From NCBI GenBank assembly GCA_051546255.1, contig CP128820.1, positions 620,001 to 684,000 on the forward strand: a stretch of DNA of 64,000 nucleotides, given 5' to 3'. The stretch is from Meyerozyma guilliermondii (taxonomy: Eukaryota). Both the position numbers and the translations under genes were made by a program. Under the pieces are notes generated by a model. It searched no databases, was not told the DNA's origin, and worked only from the letters and a program-made list of their open reading frames with translations. Below, piece by piece: positions 19,436-29,875 of this stretch (positions within the stretch are counted from its first letter, which is position 1; each line of letters opens with the position of its first letter).

Positions 19436-21094
19436 ATGCTACGATCTTTTTACATTGTAGCGTTGTTTTCGCTTTTTTCTGCCGTATGGGCAAACAAGGC
19501 TATGTTCGACAATGGATACAACTCACAGGTGTGCTCGGGAATGTATTCCAAGCACGACTGGGGAGGATCTATACGTCCCCATATTGACATCAAGTTGAAT
19601 TATTTTCGGAAAAATATGAAGATGGGACATGACAAGGTTGATGAAAACGATATTCATATCAGCTATGTCATTTTCGAGTACAAAGATATTGGAAATTTGG
19701 GGTATCATCTTGATGATGGAAGAGTAAAATACATCTGTGACGACTATGCTATAGGCAGATTGAAGGCTTGTAATGAGAGTCAGAAAGGCAAGTTTATCAT
19801 CAACAATAAGGTGACCAACTCTACTATCATGACCAACGTTTTGACTCATAAAGGTCAAGCCCATATTAACTACACAATTGAACGTACTGGTTACTATTGC
19901 GTGAGCACCATTGCAGCGGAGAAGTTTGAGTATAGCGGAGTGGTCAATTTTCAAAACGCTTTCGGCCAGTTGAGTGCTAGTGAAATCCCCAAGCTTCCTG
20001 CCTACGGAATCTTGACTGTGTGTTATATGATTGCTGTGGCATTATACGCTTTCCAGTTTTTCAAAAAGAGAAAGGACAATCAAATCTTGCCGCTTCAAAA
20101 GTACTTGTTAGCGATGTTGGGTCTTCTCACATTCGACACCTTGGTTGTGTGGTCGTACTATGATCTCGTCAACAGATCCAAGAACCCGCTGTCTGGTTTT
20201 GTCACCTTCTACATGATCTTCCTTTCCTTGTTAAACTCCGCCAAAATCACCTTCAGTTTCTTCCTTTTGCTTTGTATTGGTTTGGGGTACGGAGTGGTGG
20301 TTCTCAAGTTGGACAAGAAAATCATGTTCCGTTGCAAGTTGCTCGCAGGAGCACACTTTGTAGCTACCTTGGTGTACTTGATTCCAACTTACTACTCCGG
20401 TTCGTACGATACTGTCAACACTTCTGGTGCAGGCGAAGACACAGATATCGGTGGAATTCTTGGATTGCTTCCTATGATCCCCGTTACCATCACCTTGACC
20501 ACATACTATTTTGCCATATTGGTATCGATTAGAACCACCACGGCAAATTTACACCAACAGCGTCAAATTATCAAATTGAAACTTTACGAACATTTATTCC
20601 GCATTATCTTCTTTTCCGTCGTATTGACGTTTGGTGGGTTGATCTTGTCTACCATGGTGTACTTGAGCATGTCCAGTACTGAAATGATCGAGCAACATTG
20701 GAAGTCGGCATTCTTTTTATTTGAGTTCTGGCCCAGTGTCGTTTTCTTTGCGGTTTTCATGGGAATTTCCTGGCTTTGGAGACCCACCGAGACCAGTTAT
20801 ATGTTGGCCATTTCTCAACAAATCTCTTCATACGAAACGGAAAATGACGACGGACAACCAGGTTATCACCACCATGAGTTCGAGCTCGATGATATGTCAT
20901 TGATGAGCCACAGCGATGAAGAGGGTGTTCGTAATGAAGATTTTGATACAAATCAGCGTAAAAATTCAGAAGAATTACCTACGGAAGTGGAACGGCGAAC
21001 CAGCAATACGCTTTTCGAGTTGGGATCGGATGAGGAGCACGAAGATGATCGCTTGGATAATAGCAAGAATCGTGATAAAGATGCAGAAGAGTAG
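19436..21094 (+). CDS. PTM1: GOST/LUSTR seven-transmembrane Golgi protein (Ptm1/TMEM87 family)
   Basis: Signal peptide, 'QVCSGMYS', 'TGYYCV', 'FQNAFGQL.ASE..KLP.Y', about 7 TM segments, 'LWRPT'; ATG at 19436. Confidence 0.85.
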   Translation: MLRSFYIVALFSLFSAVWANKAMFDNGYNSQVCSGMYSKHDWGGSIRPHIDIKLNYFRKNMKMGHDKVDENDIHISYVIFEYKDIGNLGYHLDDGRVKYICDDYAIGRLKACNESQKGKFIINNKVTNSTIMTNVLTHKGQAHINYTIERTGYYCVSTIAAEKFEYSGVVNFQNAFGQLSASEIPKLPAYGILTVCYMIAVALYAFQFFKKRKDNQILPLQKYLLAMLGLLTFDTLVVWSYYDLVNRSKNPLSGFVTFYMIFLSLLNSAKITFSFFLLLCIGLGYGVVVLKLDKKIMFRCKLLAGAHFVATLVYLIPTYYSGSYDTVNTSGAGEDTDIGGILGLLPMIPVTITLTTYYFAILVSIRTTTANLHQQRQIIKLKLYEHLFRIIFFSVVLTFGGLILSTMVYLSMSSTEMIEQHWKSAFFLFEFWPSVVFFAVFMGISWLWRPTETSYMLAISQQISSYETENDDGQPGYHHHEFELDDMSLMSHSDEEGVRNEDFDTNQRKNSEELPTEVERRTSNTLFELGSDEEHEDDRLDNSKNRDKDAEE

Positions 21095-21171
21095 TTGGCG
21101 AGCATGTACAAAAGATAAACTTATATATGGATATAAAGAATAAAAATTTGCGTACGTTGTTTCTAACCTAA

Positions 21172-22368
21172 CTATATCCCTGCCCAGATAGAGCCTCCGT
21201 CAGCACGAACCTTTTCTCCCAACTTCTCCACCTGATTGTCCCAGCGTGTCAATTGGTCAAAGAGAACCTTGACTTGATCGAGGTTAAGTATACGGGGCTG
21301 CAACCAAGTAACGATCAAGATTTGATTTGTTTCTTCAATGTATCCTTGAATGAGATTTAAGGAGAAGCACTTAATGATCAATTGCTCGATCTCTTCAATG
21401 GGTGTGCCGGTAAAGTCTGAAATTTCTTTGAATGTAAGGGTCTTATTGGCGGACGATTTGCGAGACACCAACTCCAAAAGGGCCATGATCACTATTTTCT
21501 GGTGAAGGAAAGCTTCGGAGTTTGCCAAGAATGGCGACTTTTGGAAGGCGGTGGGAAGAAGTTGGCTGAATTGACCCAACTCACCAGCATTCAAACTGTG
21601 CACCAACTGATAGAGCCAGTCATATTCAGATCCCTTGATGACGTTGAGGATGTCGTGAAGAATGAGTTCACCAAAATTGTAGATCTTGGTTCCAAGCAAG
21701 GCAGCCACACACAAATTGTGGCAAAGGCTCACTTGCTCGTCGTGAGGAATACTACCCTCCAGCGAAGACAAATACAAAAGAGCATTGGCGTAGAACTTGT
21801 TATAGTTTTCGTTGAGTTTATCAAGCTGGCACTTGGCCAAGTAGAACGCAGCTGTGATTTTGGCATTAAAGTCGGTTTCGTAGGACGACTCAAACTTGGG
21901 TTCCAACCGTTCAAGGACCTCATCTGCCTTGTCCAACTTGTTCAAGTAGATGTAGAATCGAGCCTTCTGGAGGTCTGTGTACACGATGGCTTCGTTGTTG
22001 TCTACTAATTTGTTGGTGTCGTCGGAACCACGAGCAGATTTCTTGATTTCCAGCTTGATTTGATTTTGAAACTCCTCTAATTTCTCCAAACATTCGGTCT
22101 TGTTGTCCTGGAAACTCGACAACAAGAAGTCTGTAACCCGAATAGCATTAAGTTTCAGCAGAAAGTGCCCGATAAATTGAGTATATATTTTCTTTTGAAG
22201 ACCATGGTGGCGAGAGTCGGGAATTGAATACAATTCCTCCAACGCAGTTGTGAGCTGATGCCACAATTTTCGTTCGTAGAAGTCTTCTAGCTGATAAAGT
22301 GCGTTGATGATATCGGCATTTTCCGTTTCTTGGCGAAGGGTGGCCAAAACCGTGGATATATCTTCCAT
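21172..22368 (-). CDS. RPN9: 26S proteasome lid subunit Rpn9 (PCI domain)
   Basis: 'FYERKLWHQLT', 'AALLG..IYNFGELILH', 'TWLQPRIL'. Confidence 0.93.
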   Translation of the reverse strand: MEDISTVLATLRQETENADIINALYQLEDFYERKLWHQLTTALEELYSIPDSRHHGLQKKIYTQFIGHFLLKLNAIRVTDFLLSSFQDNKTECLEKLEEFQNQIKLEIKKSARGSDDTNKLVDNNEAIVYTDLQKARFYIYLNKLDKADEVLERLEPKFESSYETDFNAKITAAFYLAKCQLDKLNENYNKFYANALLYLSSLEGSIPHDEQVSLCHNLCVAALLGTKIYNFGELILHDILNVIKGSEYDWLYQLVHSLNAGELGQFSQLLPTAFQKSPFLANSEAFLHQKIVIMALLELVSRKSSANKTLTFKEISDFTGTPIEEIEQLIIKCFSLNLIQGYIEETNQILIVTWLQPRILNLDQVKVLFDQLTRWDNQVEKLGEKVRADGGSIWAGI

Positions 22369-22476
22369 TACTAGTTGGTGAGAATTGGTCGAATCGAACT
22401 AAGATACGGGTATATGCAGGAAAACAATAGTCAAGATCTACTTGGTGAATAAATTTAATAGAGCACTAACTAAGGC

Positions 22477-24300
22477 TTATGCCGTCACTAGCAGCCGGAA
22501 CTCCTGCCAGTTCTGTATGTTCTCCCGGAACATTTGCTGGCCGCCCTGAAGAAATCCGATCATAATTCTTAGCCACTTCTCTTCCACCATCAAGCTAAAT
22601 GCTTGCAAGTTTGCAGTGACATGGTCCGTCAACGTACGGAGATCACGCGTGGTCAATTCTATGAGCTGGTTGTACTGTTCCACTTCTTTTTCGAGCTGCG
22701 CAATGCGAGTCTTGTATGCATTGACACCAAAGTTGGCACTGTTCGTTTTCTCGAAATTGTCGTCTGTGGTTGCAATATTTTCAGTCGAATTGTTCACGAC
22801 AGTGGTATTTGAAGCGGTGGCTTCGTCCACGATGGTACTATTCTGCGGTGTCGCATTATCATGGGTTTCCGTCTCGCTATTTTGTTCAGGAAAGACTTCA
22901 ACAGGATCTCCAGAATTCGAATTAAAACCGTTCTTTCTTCCTCCAAAAAGTCCATACCAGCTCTTCTTTCCTCTTAATCGCTTCTGCTTGAGCTCTATTC
23001 TTCTTATCGCTTGGTTAATGCTTGGACTGTCAATGTCCACACTGCGCAAGTCTCGCAACTTTAAATGCGAATGGTAGTTGCTCGTAAGACCATCAAGATC
23101 GTGCATTCTTGCAGCTCGTGCTCTGTGCACAAGACGGTACTGAACCACTTTGTACTTGTAAAATTTGATTGTGTGGAGTGCAGACTGATAGTATTGGACA
23201 AGTTGATGCATGGGTTCTTGCCATTGGGGTATCAATGTGGAGACAAGAAACGCTTCAAAGTTGAGGAAAGACGAGTCAATGGCAGAACCAAATTTCTCCA
23301 CTAACATTCCGAGTTCATTGGCGTTGTCACTGATGCCGTGAATTTGTAATGAAAAATTGTTCAAGTTTCCGCCTAGTTCAATAAGGTTGTTAACCACAGC
23401 CTTGACGTTGCGTACGGTCCTGGTATTGAGTTTAGTGAGGTCTTCAAGGACCTTTATGCTCTGGTGGAACGTGGTTTCCATGGTTGCTAGTTGCTGGAAC
23501 CCAGGACTGGTAAGTAGAGAAATGGTATCGTCCGGGCCACTATTCTCGAAATCGCCTCCAATTTGCGTGCTGATAATGGTTGTGCTTTTAGCCAAGTCGT
23601 CACCCACTTTCTTCAAGTTACTCAAGTGATCTGGCCCCGTATAGTCGTAACCGTTGACGATTGGAAGGAGAGAATAGAGGCCATTTTGATCGGTAGGATT
23701 CATTGGATTGGCCCGCAAAAGGTTATTCGGGACCATCAGGATCGGGGGTTCTGCCATGGCGTCTTGCCAGCACATTTCGTAGTTTGGGTCCAAAAACTTG
23801 TGCACCAAAGGGCATTGTCTTAGACGAGGATGGGTGCAAATATCGGAGAGAAACCGGGAAAAATACCGTTTTCTGGTCTCGATGATCAGAAGTTCTTTCG
23901 AGTTGTTGATGGAATTGATGAGATAGGTAAGAAAAGAGTGTTTTCCTGGAATTGGTGGAATCACTTCCGTCGGGTACAACCTTGTTATGCCATCACGAAG
24001 TGACCTAAACTCGGAATAACGTCGTTTTACAACCAGATTTGTATCACCAGCAGAGAGCTCAATAGCATACACAATCACCAGCAGCGACATGAGCAGTTCC
24101 GATCCCACTATTTCAACATGAACTTTGGGGTGGTTTATCAATTGCACGATTTTGTTGGATAGTCCTATCGTCGAGTTCACCAAGTCCGGATGCACTTCTG
24201 TGGTGGTTTTCTTGTTCTTGTTATGGCCGTAGGGGTCCGCCAACATCGACCGACTTCCGTAGAAGGACGGATTATTGTCCTGTTCGATATCTAGTGGCAT
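22477..24300 (-). CDS. SNX41: PX-BAR sorting nexin, Snx41/Atg20 group
   Basis: 'DNNP' N-terminus, 'VKRRYSEFRSLR..LYP..VIPPIPGKH', 'HKFLDPN', BAR coiled coil. Confidence 0.75.
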   Translation of the reverse strand: MPLDIEQDNNPSFYGSRSMLADPYGHNKNKKTTTEVHPDLVNSTIGLSNKIVQLINHPKVHVEIVGSELLMSLLVIVYAIELSAGDTNLVVKRRYSEFRSLRDGITRLYPTEVIPPIPGKHSFLTYLINSINNSKELLIIETRKRYFSRFLSDICTHPRLRQCPLVHKFLDPNYEMCWQDAMAEPPILMVPNNLLRANPMNPTDQNGLYSLLPIVNGYDYTGPDHLSNLKKVGDDLAKSTTIISTQIGGDFENSGPDDTISLLTSPGFQQLATMETTFHQSIKVLEDLTKLNTRTVRNVKAVVNNLIELGGNLNNFSLQIHGISDNANELGMLVEKFGSAIDSSFLNFEAFLVSTLIPQWQEPMHQLVQYYQSALHTIKFYKYKVVQYRLVHRARAARMHDLDGLTSNYHSHLKLRDLRSVDIDSPSINQAIRRIELKQKRLRGKKSWYGLFGGRKNGFNSNSGDPVEVFPEQNSETETHDNATPQNSTIVDEATASNTTVVNNSTENIATTDDNFEKTNSANFGVNAYKTRIAQLEKEVEQYNQLIELTTRDLRTLTDHVTANLQAFSLMVEEKWLRIMIGFLQGGQQMFRENIQNWQEFRLLVTA

Positions 24301-25325
24301 GGGGAAAGATGGTGTTTGGCGGAGAATGAGTGAGAGTGGTTTGGGTGTGCAGGAATTTGCACCTAGAAACTAAGGAACTAATGAGCAAGTACAATGATAA
24401 ATCTATGATCACCAATGAATTCACTAGCAGTTTTTTCCATTAACATGACTCACTTACAGAGTAAACATCAAGAGAGTAATCAATACAAAGTTATTCAACT
24501 AGTTTGTAAGTTGTTCTATTCAATTACTCGTTTCTTCACTTATCACCCAATCACCATTAAACTAAACTGAAGCTGACTACAGACCAATTAAAGAAACAGA
24601 TGCTAACAAGTTCTAGAATCAAAAAAGATTAGCGTTTGAATTAAACACTCTTTATGGATGTTCTCTTCTAGAGTTCTATTACCGTTCCTTACATTCCTAT
24701 ATGTAACATAGTTCTCACAGTGTACAATACACCGTACACAGTGTAATCACTAATCGAAATACTCAATTACAGTTGATTGTCGTGTTGCCGGCAATCAATA
24801 TTTGACTCGTGCTTATCTTACTCCCAACAGAGCCACACCTGGTTTACAGTTGGGTGTCTGCAGGACCTCGCTTATTTTGCTTGTTTTTGTGCTCGTTTTT
24901 GTGCTTGTTTTTTACCGTAACCTTGGAACCGCGTCGGTAACTCTGGTGTTGATGCGCACTGGTTGTGGCCCCGTACCAGCAACCGTTTCGCGCACAACAA
25001 CACTCTTTCTTTTTTCAGCGCCGCGGCATCTCTGCAGGGAGACACCAACCACGTTGATAAGAATAGATCGTCTCTTGGCAACTTTTTTACCGTTTTTCAC
25101 TCGCTTCGACAACGCCGACGATCTATAGGTGCGACTCACCACAAGGCCCCGAGATCACCGATAACTTATAATCGGAGCCTTGCCACTATTTTGGTTCAAT
25201 CTTCGCAATAACTACCAATCACAACTCCGTCCCTCCGTCCCTTGTCCACTTCGATCTTCGCTTTTCAAGTTCAACCTTTTCAAGTTTCAACTTAACTTCA
25301 ATCAACTTAGCCACTTACACCTGTT

Positions 25326-27239
25326 ATGAAGTCCCGAAGGCAGCTCTTGGTGTGTGCCTTGGTTCTCGTGACTTTCACCACCATCTACAGTCTTCAATAT
25401 GTGCGCTCGCTTTCTATCAGAGCGAACCAAGTCACCTACCATAAAACGTCTCAGTTGGAGGTATTACAGTCTCAGGGAACCCTGTCGTACGACGAACTCG
25501 TACGCAAGTTGTTAAAGGCTCTGCGTGGTGCCACAGCATCTTCTGCGAAAAAGGCTGCTGTGCACTATGTTGCTGCTTACGACTATAAACAATTGGAAAT
25601 TGACCAGCAAGAACAGGCGGCTATGATCAAGGAAATGCCCGCTTCCAAGGTATTAGAGGCCACCACCAAGTTTAACTCGGCACTCACTCATTTTCTTGGG
25701 TCTCTTTTGCTGCTCATTCTGGAAACGGCTCCCATAGTCAAGGGCATTAATGACGACCTGCACTATGCTGCCGCAAGGGACCAAAACAAGTTCCCTAACA
25801 GAGAAGGCCGTATCATGCTCTACGGAGGTCACTTGCGGGAAAATTACCAGAGTGAACCGGTTCGAACCACTGAAATGTTGAGTAATTATTTGCGTCTTCT
25901 GACAGAAGAAGTCGATGCCCTTCGGAGCTCCCACGATTCTTTCATCAACAAAATGCCGCTCACGGTTCCCAGAGATGTCCTTGAACACTCAAAGGTGACA
26001 GGATACATGCAGGGTGACGGTATTGTGTTTCTTGCTGGTGGCCGTTTCAACCAGTTGGCTCTCGTTTCCATCAAAATGCTTCGTGATTTGGGCTCAAAAC
26101 TTCCCATAGAGGTGGTCATAAAGGACTGGAACGCACTCGATGCTCGCTTTTGTGAAGATGTTCTTCCCTCCCTTGGTGCTAGTTGCAAAGTACTTGACCA
26201 TTTTCTCGGCCTGGACGTGGCTGGAAGAGTCAAAAGTTATCAGCTCAAGAACCTTGCTTTGCTCATTCTGTCGTTTCAAAGAGTACTATATTTGGACGCC
26301 GATAACATCGTCATCAAGAATCCTGACCTGTTGTTTGTCAACGAGCCATTCATTTCCACAGGCTTTGTCCTGTGGCCCGATTTGTGGAGGCGTTCCACGT
26401 CGCCAAGCTTCTACGATATCGCTGAGATTTCCGTTAATGCCAAAAAAAGAGTCAGAAATAGTTACTTCAAGGATGATCCCAAAGGCACTCAAGACCCTCC
26501 TTCATTGCACGATTGCGAAGGTGCAATTCCTGAAGCATCCAGTGAAACTGGACAGATCTTAATCGATAAGAAAAAGCATTTTTCAGCCTTAGTGCTTGCA
26601 ATGTATTATAATTACCATGGTTTCGACTACTACTATCCCCTTCTAAGCCAGGGCGCTGCTGGAGAAGGAGATAAGGAAACTTTCGTTGCTGCTGCTCACA
26701 AGCTTGAACTTCCCTATTACCAAGTACAAGAATTCAACCGTGAGTTTGGTCCTATGACGGAGCTGAAGCAACACCATCCGTTTGGAATGGGTCAGTACGA
26801 CCCAATTTTGGACTTTATCCAATCGCAAAATGGCGAAGGTCGATATTTGGGCGACTCGCTTTTTGCCCTGAGAGACACCCCTACGTGTGGCACATCAGAT
26901 ACGGATTCAGAGACTAACAATTATCACTTTCATTTGTATGAAGCTTCTAGTCTCATGTTTTTGCATGCCAATTGGCCCAAGTTATATTTCGCAGAGCTAC
27001 TTCTACAGAATGGTATTGGCCGTGGACCCATGGAGAATGGGGTCAGAAGAAGGTTGTACGGGCCAGAATTGAAAGCTGAAGCTGGTTACGATTTGGAATT
27101 GGCAATCTCACAAGCCATGAATTGGTGTTACTGTGTGATGAATGTTGATCTTCACGACGTTCCATCTGTGGGCCTGGATGATCGTAAGGCAGGCTGTAAG
27201 CTGTTGAGGCAGCATTTGAAGTTTTTGAAGGAGAATTAG
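25326..27239 (+). CDS. Golgi alpha-1,2-mannosyltransferase, MNN2 family (GT71)
   Basis: Type II TM anchor; 'GIVFLAGG', 'LYLDADN' (DxD), 'LWPDLW', 'SETGQ', 'GEGDKETF', 'FLHANWPK'. Confidence 0.9.
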   Translation: MKSRRQLLVCALVLVTFTTIYSLQYVRSLSIRANQVTYHKTSQLEVLQSQGTLSYDELVRKLLKALRGATASSAKKAAVHYVAAYDYKQLEIDQQEQAAMIKEMPASKVLEATTKFNSALTHFLGSLLLLILETAPIVKGINDDLHYAAARDQNKFPNREGRIMLYGGHLRENYQSEPVRTTEMLSNYLRLLTEEVDALRSSHDSFINKMPLTVPRDVLEHSKVTGYMQGDGIVFLAGGRFNQLALVSIKMLRDLGSKLPIEVVIKDWNALDARFCEDVLPSLGASCKVLDHFLGLDVAGRVKSYQLKNLALLILSFQRVLYLDADNIVIKNPDLLFVNEPFISTGFVLWPDLWRRSTSPSFYDIAEISVNAKKRVRNSYFKDDPKGTQDPPSLHDCEGAIPEASSETGQILIDKKKHFSALVLAMYYNYHGFDYYYPLLSQGAAGEGDKETFVAAAHKLELPYYQVQEFNREFGPMTELKQHHPFGMGQYDPILDFIQSQNGEGRYLGDSLFALRDTPTCGTSDTDSETNNYHFHLYEASSLMFLHANWPKLYFAELLLQNGIGRGPMENGVRRRLYGPELKAEAGYDLELAISQAMNWCYCVMNVDLHDVPSVGLDDRKAGCKLLRQHLKFLKEN

Positions 27240-27626
27240 TTCTGGTTGTGTTTATAGATACCAGGGCTTTCTCCGCAAGCTAATTTGGGATTAACATTTT
27301 GTCAAACCTGTTCGATTGGATAGGATATCACGTTATTCTCGTCAAATTTAATCTAGGATTTTATCCTTCGCGATCGTTATCAAATATAAGAAAGGATATT
27401 AACCCTTGTGAACTATTACTATACAAAGCACATACAATAAAATAGGAATATATAGGAACTGCCTTTCGGCTCAAAGGCAATTGGTCAAATTCCTCTTATC
27501 GGCTGCTGTGTTTTAGGCTCTTATATACAGCCTCGCTCCTCCTGATTTGTTCGCGAAAGTCTGTCCCACATTTCTTTCTTCCATGCACTCCATGTTTGTT
27601 TGTTGCGAAACTTTGTTTACACTTCA

Positions 27627-29867
27627 ATGAAACCTTTGGTTATTAGCAGGGCTACTGTGGCATCTAGTAGATGTGATCCTGCTCAATGGTCATCCAATCT
27701 GCAACTAGCAATCAACAGTGGTTCTCAAATTACACTATTGGATCCCCAAGTGCCTTTAATACACCAGAGTGTGTACGCCATTCCAGACCAAGAAACCCAA
27801 AATAAATCGCTTGATCCCAAAGGATTGTTCCATATAAGTACCCCCATCCACCCCGATATACTACAAGAATGGCCAATTTATAGGCCAAATCTGTTTTTAC
27901 TCGATGATGGAACTGAACCTTTCGCAATTGGAGGAATTGGTGAACCAATAATAACTGGTCACATGTGGTCGCCTATAAGGTCAGAAACGAGAGATTGCAT
28001 GCTAGGAATCCTTATAAATACTGGTGAGCTTTTTGTCTTGGAACGAGCTACCACAACTAAGGAAAGCTATTGCATTAAACATTGTTTTTTTGATGTGCTA
28101 TGTTGGCAAAATGGTATAGCTTCCAATACTTCTGCCGACGATACTAAGATCCCAGTGCAGCTTTACCAGGCACTTCGTGTGCGCAGTTTTGCATTTGGAA
28201 CTTTCTTATCATTCAATTCTTCAGACTCAATTCTTGGTGCTATACTAGAAGATAATACCCTCGCAGTGCATACCCTCCAGGACCAATTACCACGAATAGC
28301 ACTCTTTCAATTTCCGTCCAATGAAACAATAATCAAGCATGTTTGGGCAGATATTACTGAAATTTCATCGACGCTGGCAGTGGCTGCTGTTCTATCTTCC
28401 ACCAACTCGATCTACTTATGCCATATTAACGAAAATGGTACCATCGCCGAAGCTCCACAACGCATAAAGGAACCTAGCCGGTTCACGGTGTCGAAACTTG
28501 AATGGCATAAAAATATGCTTGTGGTAGTCACCACCAACGAATTGCTAGTATACCATGTTGATTTCAGTTCTGGCCATGTTACCTCGACTTTCACTAACAC
28601 ACATTATCCAGTCATAGCTGCCGGAGTTGTCGTTGGCGGTGATCTTCAGACTACTCATATCACGATTGCCTATGAAACAGGCAAGGTTTTATCATTTTGT
28701 TTGAGTGGTGGATCTCTACAAAACGAGGATCCACCATCACAGCTTTCCGACTTTGTTACGAAGAGTCTCTACAAATTCCAGTTAGCCAATTCTAGGCCAG
28801 CTGCCATAGAAGACAACAAAAATGAAGATCTCGAAGCAACGAAACCATTCTTGAACGACACTGTGGAAGGGAATTTTTATTTGTACGGTTTGTCAACCAA
28901 CGCCAATGGCATTATCAGCTTGGTTTATCGAATAGCTCCGAAGAATGTTTTGAATTATACCATCTTGTCAAAGTATGAATTCAACATTGCATTCTTCTCT
29001 CTCGATACTTTGTACGAGGGATCGATATTAGATGCTCCACTTACTGGTACGTCTTTGAGTAAGATTAACTCGTTGTGGATGAAAAAGTATGCTGAACTAC
29101 CTACTTTTCCAAAACTAATAGGTGAAAACAAGAATTCAGAAGTAGACGAATTTGTTCGTCAGCTTGTGGAATTTAGGGGGAAGTATTTTGTGGACATCCT
29201 TACAGCTCAATTGGGAGTTACGACTCCTGCCGACTCATTCAAGGATTATTTGAGGTTGCATGTCTCTGAAAACGGGGGCCTCCAAAGCTTGCAAGTCTTG
29301 TTCATCTTCAATATCATTTGCAGCAAGTCGATAGAGTTGTTAGTCTCGAAGGTCCCAGATCACAGCGAGCTCCTTGCTTTCGCCGAAAGAATCACAACAG
29401 AACAAGCCAGCATCAAGAAAGTTATAGCAGACCATGTTATGAACTCGGTCCTCACATATATCCAAGAGAAAAATCTTAAACTAAGTTCTGAGCTCGATAA
29501 GTATTTGGCTATCACATTTTACCACTTATCACTGAGTGCACAATTTGGATCCAACAAGCACATACCTACAGAAGCCACAGTTACTATAGCCACCGAATTC
29601 GTCACAGAGTCTTTTAGTGTGAGTTCTGTGACTGCGACTGAGGCAGATGAAGGAGAGCTAGCTTTGTCTACCACTGGACACAAGTGGTCTCGTTGCTGCT
29701 TGACTCGGCTTCCTTTACTTGAACTCGAGTCTAAGGCAGACGAACTTCGGTATTTCAATTACATTATACGCAAGGATGAGTGGAAGAATACCTTAATCCT
29801 CGGCGACCTACTTGAAAGTATCCAGCATTGTATTTTTACCGGGAACAAAATATATAGAAGGGACTGA
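27627..29867 (+). CDS. Probable TFIIIC tau60/90-kDa subunit (Tfc8-like) with C-terminal zinc-finger-like motif
   Basis: WD-like N-terminus ('WSSNLQLAI', 'WSP..CMLGIL') and C-terminal 'WSRCCLTRLPL...CIFTG'; ATG at 27627. Confidence 0.7.
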   Translation: MKPLVISRATVASSRCDPAQWSSNLQLAINSGSQITLLDPQVPLIHQSVYAIPDQETQNKSLDPKGLFHISTPIHPDILQEWPIYRPNLFLLDDGTEPFAIGGIGEPIITGHMWSPIRSETRDCMLGILINTGELFVLERATTTKESYCIKHCFFDVLCWQNGIASNTSADDTKIPVQLYQALRVRSFAFGTFLSFNSSDSILGAILEDNTLAVHTLQDQLPRIALFQFPSNETIIKHVWADITEISSTLAVAAVLSSTNSIYLCHINENGTIAEAPQRIKEPSRFTVSKLEWHKNMLVVVTTNELLVYHVDFSSGHVTSTFTNTHYPVIAAGVVVGGDLQTTHITIAYETGKVLSFCLSGGSLQNEDPPSQLSDFVTKSLYKFQLANSRPAAIEDNKNEDLEATKPFLNDTVEGNFYLYGLSTNANGIISLVYRIAPKNVLNYTILSKYEFNIAFFSLDTLYEGSILDAPLTGTSLSKINSLWMKKYAELPTFPKLIGENKNSEVDEFVRQLVEFRGKYFVDILTAQLGVTTPADSFKDYLRLHVSENGGLQSLQVLFIFNIICSKSIELLVSKVPDHSELLAFAERITTEQASIKKVIADHVMNSVLTYIQEKNLKLSSELDKYLAITFYHLSLSAQFGSNKHIPTEATVTIATEFVTESFSVSSVTATEADEGELALSTTGHKWSRCCLTRLPLLELESKADELRYFNYIIRKDEWKNTLILGDLLESIQHCIFTGNKIYRRD

Positions 29868-29875
29868 ATTGTCCA

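Noticed and set aside
24802..25211. Several short overlapping ORFs upstream of the MNN2-family gene
   Set aside because: No homology cues; looks like GC-richer promoter DNA.
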